Assembly (NCBI GenBank): GCA_043228905.1
Contig: JBHGNT010000015.1
Location: 10,044,001 to 10,108,000, forward strand
Length of the DNA: 64,000 nucleotides
Source: Azolla caroliniana
Taxonomy: Eukaryota; Plantae; Polypodiophyta
Reading direction: 5' to 3'
The translations under genes and the position numbers were made by a program. The notes under the pieces are model-generated. The model saw only the letters and a program-made list of their open reading frames with translations, was not told the DNA's origin and ran no database searches. Positions 50,459 to 61,900 of this stretch are shown piece by piece. Each line of letters starts with the position of its first letter. Position 1 is the stretch's first letter.

Positions 50459-53341
50459 TTACTCTTCCGTTTGAATAAACGGATTTACCGGCATATCTCC
50501 CAAATACGGTTTAAGCCGGAATCCATTTACCCATTTCGGTAAAACCTCTCCGGTTAATGATCCCAGCTGATACGTACCATTTTTACTATTAATTATCCAT
50601 ACTGGACCTGTCCATCTATACCGGAGTTTCCCAGGCATAAGTCCCATTCTCGTCTGGAATACCAATACCGGTTTCCCAATTTCGAATTGCTCTTCCGATT
50701 TCCTTCGATGTCGATTTACGAATGCCTTGATTTGTCTCTGCTTGTGTTCTAGTGCTGACATTGATTGAATCCGTTCTTCTTCTAATACTAATAAAGCCTC
50801 TTTGCGTATCTGCTCCGATTCTATCTCATTTAACTTATTCGTCGCTTGGATACGAAGTGTCGGAATTTGAAATTCGATCGGCATAACGGCTTCAAGTCCG
50901 AATGCCATTCGAAAAGGTGTTGATTTAATGGATGTTTTGTACGAAGTACGATATGCCCATAATGCACTATTTAACTTTTGATCCCAATCAGTACGATTTT
51001 CATTCACTATCTTCTTTAAAATTGTTTGAATTGTTTTATTTGTCGATTCTGCCAATCCATTAGCTTGGGGATAGTAAGGCGTACTTTTCTTATGAACTAC
51101 GACATAGTAATTGGTTAATTCGTTAATTAACTTGTTAATAAAATGAGTGCCTTGATCGCTTACCAATTCTATTGGGCAACCGAATCGACACCATATATTT
51201 TCATACAGGAATTTTGCTGTGGATGCTGCTGTATTGTCCCTGAGAGCTTTTGCTTCAACCCATTTTGTGCAATAGTCAGTCGCAATTATGATATATCGAT
51301 TACCGGTTCTTGCAGCTGCTGGTTTGAATGGGCCAACCAAATCTAAGCCCCATTTCTGAAATGGCTCAAGAGGTAAAACCGGTTGAAAAGGCATTCGATC
51401 CTTTTCGGTCGGTTGCCCCATTCTTTGACACAAATCGCATTTCTTACAGTATTCGTTAGCATCTTTCATCACCGTTGGCCACCATAACCCGCTATTCCAT
51501 ATTTTTCTGGCTGTTGCTTCTCCTGCGTAATGACCGCCAACAATTCCACAATGTGACTCTGTTAATATGACTGATTTTTCAAATTTCCGTACTGCCCTTC
51601 GCCATATTCCATCCGCTCCTTTATGATACAACATGTCATTAAACAAACAAAAATTTCGACTTCGTACTGCAATTCTTTTTCTTTCATCTGTCGACATGTG
51701 TTCGGCCGGAATTCCTGTTGATAGAAATATCGTCATTTCGGAAATCCATTCATCCTCTTTTTCCTCATTCATTTCTTGTGCTTTTACTGCCTCAACCCGA
51801 AATAATTGAGTATCTGGAAAATTATCTTTAACACCAACCGCTTCTTCTCCAGATTCAAGCCGACTGAGATAGTCAGCAATCGCGTGCTGTGCTCCTGGTC
51901 GATGTATAATGTCGAATTCAAACTCTTGAAGCAATAACGTCCATCTGGCTAACTTGCCTGTCAATTCTTGTTTGGAAACTAGATACAGTAGAGCCGAATG
52001 ATCCACATGAAATGTAAATTTCTTACCCAAAAGGTAATGTCGAAATTTGTTCACACTATATATCATTCCCAAAGCTTCTCTTTCGGTTGTTGAATAGTTT
52101 CTTTCGGCCGACGAAAGTTTCCTACTGGCATAGTATACCGGCCTATACCAGTTTGGTTCGGATAATTGCATTAAAGCACTGCCTATGGCAATGTCCGACG
52201 CATCGACGAAAACATGAAATGGTTTGTTCCAGTCCGGTGGTTGAACTACCGGAACCTTTGTCAGCATCTCCTTGAGACATTCGTATGCATCTTGTTCTAT
52301 ACTTGTCCATATAAAAGGAACTTTGTGTACTGCTGTGTGTAACGGAATAGCAATGTCTGCTAGATATCTCATCATTCTACTGTGCCACCGAATTTGACCC
52401 AAAAATCTACTTAGAGCTTTAGCATTTGTTGGTGGTGTTGCCTCAATAATTGCTTTAACTTTGTCTGGGTCCACTGCAATTCCTTCTTGACTGACAATAT
52501 GCCCAAGTAACGTACCACTCATTACTCCGAATGCGCATTTGGCTGGATTTAAGCTAAGACGCCCTTTTCGACATTTTTCTAAGCATAGCCGTAAATGCTC
52601 AAAATGATCAGCTTTCCGACTATATACCGCAAAATCATCTAAAAACACCTGCATGAAAGCTGGAATATATTCCCTGAATATTTCCTGTATTACCCGCTGA
52701 AATGTAGCTGGAGCTGTTTTTAAACCGAACATCATTACTACTGCCACAAAGACACCCCATTCTGTGACGAAAGCTGTCTTTTCCTGATCTTCCGGATTCA
52801 TCCGTACTTGGTTGTAACCACTGAACCCATCCAAGAAACTATAAATTTCATGTCCCGCTACTGCATCTAATATCCCATCTGTGAATGGCAACGGAAACGC
52901 ATCCGTAATTGTCGCTGCATTCAATTTTCTGTAATCCACACATACGCGAATTTTCCCATTCTTTTTCGGGACTACTACTATCGGACTCAGCCATGTTGAT
53001 TTTTTGACGGGTCGAATAAATCCTACTTTTAAGAGTTTATCGATTTCTTCTTTTACTTTGATAGCATAATTCGGATTCAACCTGTACTTGCGTTGTTGTA
53101 CTGACTTTGCATCTTTATGCAAATTGATTTGATGTTGACAAAAAGCAGGATCCAGGCCTTTCATATCGTCAAACGACCATGCAAAAACATCTTTATATTG
53201 TAATAGTAATGTTGTTAATGTCCGTTTGTCATTTTCCGCCAAATCTCTAGCAATCAAGACTGTTTTTCTTTCAGCATCCTCTACTCCTGCCAAATCGATC
53301 TCCTCCAATGCTGAGGCTTGCACTCTCTGAGATACCTTCAT
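50459..53341 (-). CDS. pol: Element B RT-RNaseH-integrase, 960 aa uninterrupted
   Basis: CVDYRKLN, FLDDF, VDASD, H-H-C-C zinc finger, WGLDLVGPF, SDQGTHF and GKLRYRWTGP. No additional aRH domain or chromodomain apparent. Confidence 0.93.
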   Translation of the reverse strand: MKVSQRVQASALEEIDLAGVEDAERKTVLIARDLAENDKRTLTTLLLQYKDVFAWSFDDMKGLDPAFCQHQINLHKDAKSVQQRKYRLNPNYAIKVKEEIDKLLKVGFIRPVKKSTWLSPIVVVPKKNGKIRVCVDYRKLNAATITDAFPLPFTDGILDAVAGHEIYSFLDGFSGYNQVRMNPEDQEKTAFVTEWGVFVAVVMMFGLKTAPATFQRVIQEIFREYIPAFMQVFLDDFAVYSRKADHFEHLRLCLEKCRKGRLSLNPAKCAFGVMSGTLLGHIVSQEGIAVDPDKVKAIIEATPPTNAKALSRFLGQIRWHSRMMRYLADIAIPLHTAVHKVPFIWTSIEQDAYECLKEMLTKVPVVQPPDWNKPFHVFVDASDIAIGSALMQLSEPNWYRPVYYASRKLSSAERNYSTTEREALGMIYSVNKFRHYLLGKKFTFHVDHSALLYLVSKQELTGKLARWTLLLQEFEFDIIHRPGAQHAIADYLSRLESGEEAVGVKDNFPDTQLFRVEAVKAQEMNEEKEDEWISEMTIFLSTGIPAEHMSTDERKRIAVRSRNFCLFNDMLYHKGADGIWRRAVRKFEKSVILTESHCGIVGGHYAGEATARKIWNSGLWWPTVMKDANEYCKKCDLCQRMGQPTEKDRMPFQPVLPLEPFQKWGLDLVGPFKPAAARTGNRYIIIATDYCTKWVEAKALRDNTAASTAKFLYENIWCRFGCPIELVSDQGTHFINKLINELTNYYVVVHKKSTPYYPQANGLAESTNKTIQTILKKIVNENRTDWDQKLNSALWAYRTSYKTSIKSTPFRMAFGLEAVMPIEFQIPTLRIQATNKLNEIESEQIRKEALLVLEEERIQSMSALEHKQRQIKAFVNRHRRKSEEQFEIGKPVLVFQTRMGLMPGKLRYRWTGPVWIINSKNGTYQLGSLTGEVLPKWVNGFRLKPYLGDMPVNPFIQTEE

Positions 53342-55950
53342 TCCTTATCTGTAGCTTCTTGTTGCATTCGTATTTCTTTCATTGTTTGCTCATCTATTGG
53401 CACTTCTTCGTGTGAGTCTACATATGGTGTTAATGCTTGCAAAATATCTACCTCAAATAGAGGGATGATTTTCTGATTATCATTGAAATACTGACTTTCT
53501 TCTTCCTCGTCCAATCCTTCCATCATGTTAACTGCTTCTGCATGTACAGGTAAACTCTGTTTGCTTGTTGTCACTTTGTTGTGCGTCGGAATCCTGACCT
53601 TAGTTTTTCCTTTCCTAAATGTTAGCACATTTTGTTTCCAATTTTGTTTAATATTAGCTGTCTTTAACCATGGTCTCCCCAATAACAAGGGGTATGCTCC
53701 CTGTGTTTCTAACTGCAAAATTACTGCCGAAATCTGAAAACTGTGTCCCCCGATTATTACATCCAGTTGTCGAAGCAAACCAATCGGTCGTACCGTACTT
53801 GTATCTGCCATTCGTAACCAAAACGGACATGCTTCCCATTCCGTGATTCCCAGTTTTTCACATGTAGTTTTGTTAATCACATTAACACCCGAGCCTCCAT
53901 CTATAATCACATTTCCGATTTCTTGCCCGTAAAGTATTACCTTAATCGACGGATTCTGTTCATCCATGATCGAAGGGTTATTACTTGGCTAATTGTAGTG
54001 TACTGCTATTTGTTCGGAACCTTTATATGCAATTAATGCTGCCACTTTTTCTGTAAACCTTGGTACTAACTTAAGTAAGCCCGTAAGTGGCAATGACACT
54101 TGGCAATCAGCCAACAGTTTCCAAGTTTCTTCCTGTTCCTTATTCCCCAATGACTGTTGTACAGCGATGTCCTGGTCAATGTTATTGTCTTGTAACATTC
54201 GATTCACATTACTTTGATTTGTTTCGTCCACCCATTCTTTTGCCACCTTCCGAACTTCTTCCTGAATTTCTCACTCTGATTGTTTGCTTTTGCTGCGTGT
54301 CGTTACTTGCTGAACTTCCGGTATTACCATATTAACTGCTGGACCCTTTCCTTTAACCGGACATTGATTAGCATAATGGCCTAGTTGTCGACAAATGTAA
54401 CAAGTGGGTACAAATGTTGCACTGGTCTCTCCATGTGCAAATTGGCCGTTATTAAATTGCTGCTCTTCATTACCATTCGGGTTTTGTTGGTATTGACGTG
54501 TAGCTTTTGGTTTGTAAAATCTCTTGTTTTTATACCGATTCTGCCTAAATTGTTCAGTATTATCATTTGGTTGTGCTATATTGTGTGGTATCCCGAACTC
54601 CTGATTTGGCGGAAAATTACTCTGTTGAAACATTTGATTATTTTGTGGAACGGTTTGAGTATTATGTTGAAAGGTCATATTACCCGGTTGAAATGCCGGA
54701 TTTGGTTGAAATGTAGAATTCGGTTGCACATTCGGACAGTTCTGTTGAAACCCTTGAAATGGTGGGTTACCTTGTTGGAAACTTTGATTATTTTGTTGAA
54801 AATATTGATTCGGATTCTGTACGAATGGTGGGTTGGATTGAGCAAAACCTGGTTGAAATGCTTGAGTCACTTGAGTGGGTTGCATATTTTGTTGTGAAAA
54901 GATCTGATTTGGCTGTAGAACTGGATTCTGTTGTACATTTTGCTGATTTTGTGAAAAATTATTATTTTGATAACCATTGAACAGATTAGTGTTATTTTGG
55001 TAACCATTGTCAGTAAAAATTTGTCGTACTGACGCCGTAGTCTTATTAAGCAGATTATATTCACATTGTTCTACTAAATGTAATTTTGAATGACATATTG
55101 TACAATGTGTTCTTAACGTACATTCAATTGCCGAATGCCCCGTATTTAAACAAGTGGTGCATTGAACTGCTTGTCGAAATTGTAACTCCTCTATTGTTGG
55201 TAATGTACGGTGTAATGCCGACATGTCCATACTCTGAACATTGACCGGTGGTCGACCCATTTCTATTGCTTTATCAATTACTTGTTCGATAGTCTGATTT
55301 CGAAAATCGAACACTTTCAATGTCGTCCTTAATGGTTCTTTTACAGCTTCTAGAAAGACCTCTTTTAATTCCTTATCCGGAATCGGCCTTGAAATCTGAA
55401 GCTGTAAGTTCTGAAATCGTATCACAAACTGAGATACTGTTTCATTTTTTTCTTGATATAACGCATAAAATTGCGCAATCAAATCCTTCTGCGGAATTTG
55501 TTGATGAAATAATTGTAAAAATTTACTAGTTAACACTTCAAAGGATGGAAATCCTTGAAGACCGTTCTGCGCAAACCAATTGGCGGAATATCCGTCTAAT
55601 GATAAGACGAACTCAGCGATTTTTGACTTATCTTCGGCATCTGCCGACAATCGCTGAGCTCCATGGTTAATCTCCCATGTCGTTAAGAAATCCCTAACAT
55701 GTGCTTCCGCATCTGTTCCTTCCCGGAACTTAGAATAAGTATAAGGCATATCGTCCCAAATGTCGTAAAACGATACCTCTTCCGTCTGTTTTTCGTCTGA
55801 AGGTAATTGATCGGATAAGTCAGGAAGTTTCGACCACTTTGTGCTTGATTCCGGCTGTTCTTGCGCAATGAACGCTTGCTGCACTACCTTCGTAACTGAC
55901 CTTGTACGAGGGCGCTTACAACTGACCGGTGCCTCCTCTTCATACGACAT
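53338..55950 (-). pseudogene. gag: Element B gag-protease (stops at 54271 and 53989; frameshift ~53340)
   Basis: Capsid-like region, Cys/His knuckles, Q/N-rich linker, CYICRQLGHYANQC and protease IIDGGSGVN...LLGRPWL. The stop at 54271 aligns with Trp in element A. Confidence 0.88.
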
Positions 55951-58900
55951 CCATTCGAATTGTTCTCTGCTTAATTGCAGATGTAACCGGGCGTGCCAAA
56001 ATTCTTCTGTGTTAATCGGCTAATTACTAACTACTACCGATATAGAAGAGTGAACGTCGCTACTCAACGTTCTAACAAGGAATTGTGTTTTACGAACGGA
56101 ATTATACTGTATTAATCGGTAATTACCGTGATCGTTACTTAGTTATAAATTAGGAAGCTTGCACTTAAGAACATAGACAATAGAGAGAACACAGAATCCG
56201 TACAGGATATTCCTAACTTAAACTTATATTACTAAATAAAACGACCTTTCTTACAATGCCTTCGGTTCCCTTTTATAGGTATACCGAAGGTCTTTTCTCA
56301 TCAAGAACTATTCCTACTTACTATCAAGAATTACAAAATTATCTAACTAACTTAGTTCTCTTCGTTTACTGCTGAGTCATTGATCCGAACAGTCGATCCG
56401 AACCGACTCCGTTTTCGACGCTTTCCCACTTGTTCGGTAAAACTGACTGTCCGGGTCCGGGTAACAGTGGTTGATGTTGTGTGTCCATGCTGCGGACTGC
56501 GGGAGTGGCTCTGTTTAACATATTGTACTCGCATTGGTCGACTGTGTGAGCCTTCGAGTGGCAGATTGGGCAGTGCATTCACATATTGCAGTCCACTACG
56601 GAATGCCCCGAGTTCAAGCAAATCGTGCACTGGATTGCTTGACGAAACTGGCGTTCCTCATCCTGAGGTAACGCTTGTCATCATCCGTCGTTCAATTACC
56701 ATATCCGCCGTTTCCTCTTTCACGCTATTGTTGTTGAGCGTTGCCCGAGCCTCGTCTTCCGCGGGGCTCTGTTCCAGTTTCCGTCGTAAGTTTTGGAAAC
56801 GTAAGCTGAAGTCTGCTATCGTCTGCATCGGCAGTTGCTTAATCGTATAAAACTGTCCGAGGATTTCGCGTTGTGGAACCCTCCGATGGAAGAATCACAA
56901 GAACGTGGACTGCAGCTGATCGAAGGTTGTTATTGCTGGTAAATCCATCTGGGAATGCCAAAACGCCGCTTGCCCATCTAATGTTAACCCGAACTCCGTC
57001 ATTTTTTATTGGTGTGTTGCCGCGTCCGAAAGGCTCTACGCCATGTGCTTCGCATTCCAGACATTCAGGAACATGTGAATATGCGTTGCGGCGTCGGTTT
57101 TGCCGTTAAAGCGGGGGTCGGCAAAGGCCATGATGGGGGCTACGGTGGGTCGGGAAAGACCACCAGGTGGCTATCGTGAGCGTAGTCTCCGCGTCTCGTC
57201 GAGGTATTTGGAGAGCGAGGAATCACCTTTGTACTCACGGCAGGTAGTACTGAGGTTGTTGAGGCGCGGCTTTTGACTTGCGCGTTCTTCTGCCTAGCGT
57301 GTGTTGGACCTTGTTATTGGCAGGTCTTGTCGCGTTGGTTCTCTTGGGTGTCTGCAGCTAAACATCCATTCGTCGTTGTTCGTCTGTGAGAAGACACAGA
57401 TCACCAAGCGTGCCAAAAGTGTTGCCGATTAGGAACACGGTCCCCAGTCAGTCCTTCGACCTAAACCTCCAAGTGGGTGTGGAACAATGAATAGCCGTCT
57501 AAGCGTAATGCGTAGGGGAATGTTCCCTGTAACCTATCAGCGTATAAGAGAGACGGCTACAACTGAATCTGTAGCAAAGGTTACACTTACGTTCTTACAC
57601 GCTTAGGTCTTCAAGATACACACACTGGATTAGCTGTAGTTATACACAGAGAATCAGAGAAGATAGAATTCTATTATGAGGCGTTTCTTACATTCCCAAA
57701 ATTACACGCTACCTCTATCATGGGTTTTCTGCCCTTTATATACGCAGGGTCTATTTAGCCGTTCATGCTTCCTGGGTGAACCGTTACATGCATTATGATC
57801 TTATATTATTTCTTATTCCTATGCTTTTGTCCATCGGTTACTATTCCGGCGGACAACACCTGGCACGCATGTGGGACAGTGCCATGGCACGTCGGACCCA
57901 TCCTGTTAATCCTCTTCCAAAATGGCCCGGATGTTTGGCTCTGTTGCGGTGTCCGCATCCGTCGGTGATGTAGGTCCAGTAGGTGCATCGTGGTGTGGCT
58001 CCCCTATTTGGTCGGGCTGGTTTCCCCCGGAGTCGCAGTCGCCATGTGTGGGCGGTTCGGGTACGGTGGGCTCTTCTTGAGCTAGTGGGTTGGGCTACGC
58101 CGTTGTCGTCCTTGTAGTCGGTTGCGGCTCTGCCTCCATTGTAACGTCCTCCGTGGTCTCAACCGTTTTTGTACGTTCCGGAGAGTGGGGCGGAGATTCC
58201 GCCTAGCCCGCACCGTTCTCCGTGTGGTCTGATGCTAGCGTGGGCTCGTGCAGATGAACCTCTTTTTGTGCAGTGGTTTCGCTGTCTGGTCCTATGGGGA
58301 ACTCCGCTCGTCGGTCCCTGTTGTTCTCCATCATTGTCATTTCTGGTGATCGGGCCTGAGGTTCCTCTTCTTCAGTCGTGCCCGTAATTGGCGTCGCGCT
58401 GGATTCCTCGTTTGTGCGTGTGTTGCCGGCTTGTGTGATCTGGTGAAATAGCTCCTCCTGGTTTTCACCAAAATCATCTAAGAGCTACGTGAGTTCTTCG
58501 GAGTGTTGGTCTGCTAGCGCACGATAGTCTTACGCTAGGTCCTCTCGGACGGCCGCAATGCTCTCCTCATTTAGTTTATAGAACCCTTGACCGACTTTTC
58601 GCCGGTTCTCCCAGTCCGCACGATACACGTGCAATTCCGCTGCTTGGGTTGCCCACGCCATCCATCCTTTGTCCAACGTCGTTTTCAATTGTGTTGTAAT
58701 CCTCTCCCGATTTGTTTGGAGAAGGATACGCATGTTATCTGTGATGGCCTCGCAACGGTTGCGTGCGTCTTCCATCGACTTCTGGAGATTTGCAATTTCT
58801 TACTGTTTAACCGCTGCTGCTTCCTCGTACGTGGTCTTCGGGCCCACCCATAGCTGGGATTCCTTTGCATGTTGTTCTTCTAATTTCCCCATTTCATTGT

Positions 58901-61900
58901 TTAGGCGGATTTCGAGCTGATGCCTTATGTCTTGTTCGACCACCAACTGCTCGTCGAACCATACCTTCTTTTTTTCTAATAAGGCCCGGAGTCTTGCGAT
59001 AGCCGCCTCCGATTTCTTCGCATCCTCCCGTAATTGGGCGTTGTCGTCTTTTGTCTGGATGTGCTGAGCTACCTCGATAGCAAGTTTCTCTTCAAGGATT
59101 TTTACTGCCTTCCGGCCGTTCGCCCGTATCTCCTTCTCTCTGTCTGAGGATTGGCGTAGTTCCGCTCGAAGGCGGTCAATTTATGATTCCGCTAGTTGCA
59201 CAACCCTTTTCGCTTTTGAGGCGATGGTGGTCTGAGCCTCAATTTCTTCCTTTAAAGCGTCGATGGCTTGGTTCGGTGATGGAGTTGCATGTTGCGCCGT
59301 AGCCACGTGCGCTTCCAACTCCCGATGCGTTCGCTGACTTTTTGTAGTTCGACTTGGGTCAGTTTCACCTTCTTCCAGACATTCTTATTTTTTATGGCCA
59401 TCTCCTTGGCACCCTTACTAGCCTTTGCCAGTTCCCGATGGACTTCGACTAGGGTCGTGTTTAATGGGGGTATCTCCATCCCCACTCGGCATACCCCGGC
59501 GTTCCACTGTCTGCCGACCCTGGCTAACCGGTCCTCATCGTCGCTCTCTGTGGTTTGTGTTAGGGCGCGCTCAATCATCTGGCGTTCTGCATGCTCTTCG
59601 GCCATTCGTTGTGCGGCTTTTACCTGTTATGTTGCCAGGAACTCCATCAGCTCAAAAGAAGTGCCGAACTGTAAGAGGGCGCTGAACTCGTGGGCCGTAT
59701 CCGGGATATCTGAATATGTCAAAACCTCGTTTTCTATTATGAGGAGATAGAATTAGAGAAGATAGAATTCTATTATGAGGCGTTTCTTACATTCCCAAAA
59801 TTACACGCTACCTCTATCAGAGGTTTTCTGCCCTTTATATACGTAGGGTCTATTTAGCCATTCACGCTTCATGTGTGAACCGTTACATGGGTTATGATCT
59901 TATATTATTTCTTATTCCTACGCTTTTGTCCGTCGGTTACTATTCCAGCAGACAACACTTATGAACAACACAAGATGGGGGATGATTAACTCTATATTAA
60001 ATTAGCATTATCATCATCAAATACAAAAATATTTCTAACTAGATTCTATCTAGGTAACTACGGAGTTACATGGTTGACAAACTAACTAAACTAAGTTGAG
60101 CTTGATCTCTCAACACGCCCCCTCAAGCTCAAGTGTGATGTGTCCGACATCCGATTTGGCTTTCGTCGGCTTCATGTGCTTCTGTCTGGCCTTCAACTTT
60201 CTTCGTCGTGGCAATCTCGGTTCCTCCCCCTCAAGCCGGTGACGAAGGCTTGTAGTGTGTGGCTAAAGGTCGACTACTTCCACCCATTCTGGGTTACGAG
60301 CAGTTTCGGTGGAGCACTTGGGCTCTTGTTCGGCCGCTACCTTCATCGTGAAGGCATAGTGATGGACCACATACTCGTTGTAGCCGAGCTGAGTGATGAG
60401 GTTATTTGCTCTAGATGAGCGTCGAAGTTTTTCGCTCGCCGATGTGAGCGCTTTTTGCTCCAATCTCGGTTCCTCCCCCTCAAGCTGGTGACGAAGGCTT
60501 GTAGTGTGTGGCTGAAGGTCGACTACTTCCACCCATTGTGGGTTACGAGCAGTTTCGGTGGAGCACTTGGGCTCTTGTTCGGCCGCTACCTTCATCACGA
60601 AGGCATAGTGATGGACCACGTACTCGTTGTAGCCGAGCTGAGTGATGAGGTTATTTGCTCTAGATGAGCGTCGAAGTTTTTCGCTCGCCGATGTGAGCGC
60701 TTTTTGCTCCAAGTGTCCGCATGATGGGTACACCAATCTCATTGTCTAGTGAGCGAGTTGACACATCCAAATCACTGTCGTTGGGATGGTCGACTTCGTA
60801 TTCGGGTATCTTACCTTTGCCTTTGTCGAAGTTCAAACTTGGCCACAACGTGCTTGGAAGGCTTGAAGGCTCGTGTCATCCACTTAGCTTGGTAGAGCTT
60901 GGACGGTCCTTTGGTGAAGGGCTTGGCCGAATATCATCCTCCGAGTTGACGTTCAACTCTTCCTTGGTCATGTCGGGTGGAGCTGAATCGGGCTTATACC
61001 AAGATGCCAATTCGTTGAAGACTACGTCTCGACTCACCTGAACCGCTCGGGTCAAAAGGTTATCGCACTTGTATGCCTTCATCTTGGACGAGTATCCTAT
61101 GAGGATACATTCTGCCGACTTCGCATCAGGCTTCTGTTTGCTTTCATTTGGGATGCGTACATTCGCAATGCTTCCAAACACCTTGAGGTATGACAGGATC
61201 GGCTTCCTTCCAATGAGGAGCTTGAATGGAGTTAGCTCTTGCACTCCATTAGTGGTGCATTGATTCATGAGATAGACAACCGTGGATGCCGCTTCGGCCC
61301 ACTAGAAGTTTGGCATGTGCTTCTCATGCATCATGGCACGTGCTACCTCGAGTATTTGCCGATTCTTCCTTTTCCGCTATTCCATTTTGTTGGGGCGTGT
61401 GTTAGCATGAGAATTCTCTCCGAATGCCTTCACTTTGGAGGTATGAGGTGAATTCATCGGAAAAGTACTCCTTGCCTCCATCCGATCGTATGCATCGAAT
61501 GTGCCGGCCAGTTTCTTTTTCGACTTGGCCCTTGAGCTTTTGGAAGTGGGAGAACACATCGCTCTTCTTCTTCGTCGGGAAGATCCATGCGTAGCGAGAG
61601 TAGTCGTCGATGAAGGTGACGTAGAATTGGCATCCGCCGATCGTCGGCGTTTGAGCTGGTCCCCATACATCCAAGTGTATGCTGTCGAGGAGGACTTTGC
61701 TCGCGTGGCTCTCCTTCGGGAATGGGAGTTGATGTTGTTTGCCAAGTTGGCATGCTTTGCATATTCGGTCGACTCGTTTTGACTCTAATGCCGGAAGTCC
61801 GATAACAACTCCCTTTGATTGCATTGCTCGAAGCCATTGGAGGTTTATGTGGCCGATTCTTTTGTGCCATGACTCGATGCTTGTCTCGGTTTTGAGACCA

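Larger units (their letters stand above)
47078..56466 (-). mobile_element. Element B: young full-length Athila/Tat-like Ty3/gypsy, TSD GTGGT
   Basis: 457-bp LTRs at 47078-47534 and 56010-56466 (3 mismatches by eye); PBS TGGCACGCCCGGT 55986-55998; inserted in the gag of element A. Confidence 0.96.
37454..59957 (-). mobile_element. Element A: three-LTR Athila/Tat-like Ty3/gypsy, TSD CTTAT
   Basis: 439-bp LTRs at 37454-37892 and 57420-57858 (~25 mismatches), plus a partial LTR ~59749-59957. PBS TGGCACGCTTGGT ending at 57415. The 3' internal region is repeated at 57859-59734. Confidence 0.92.
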
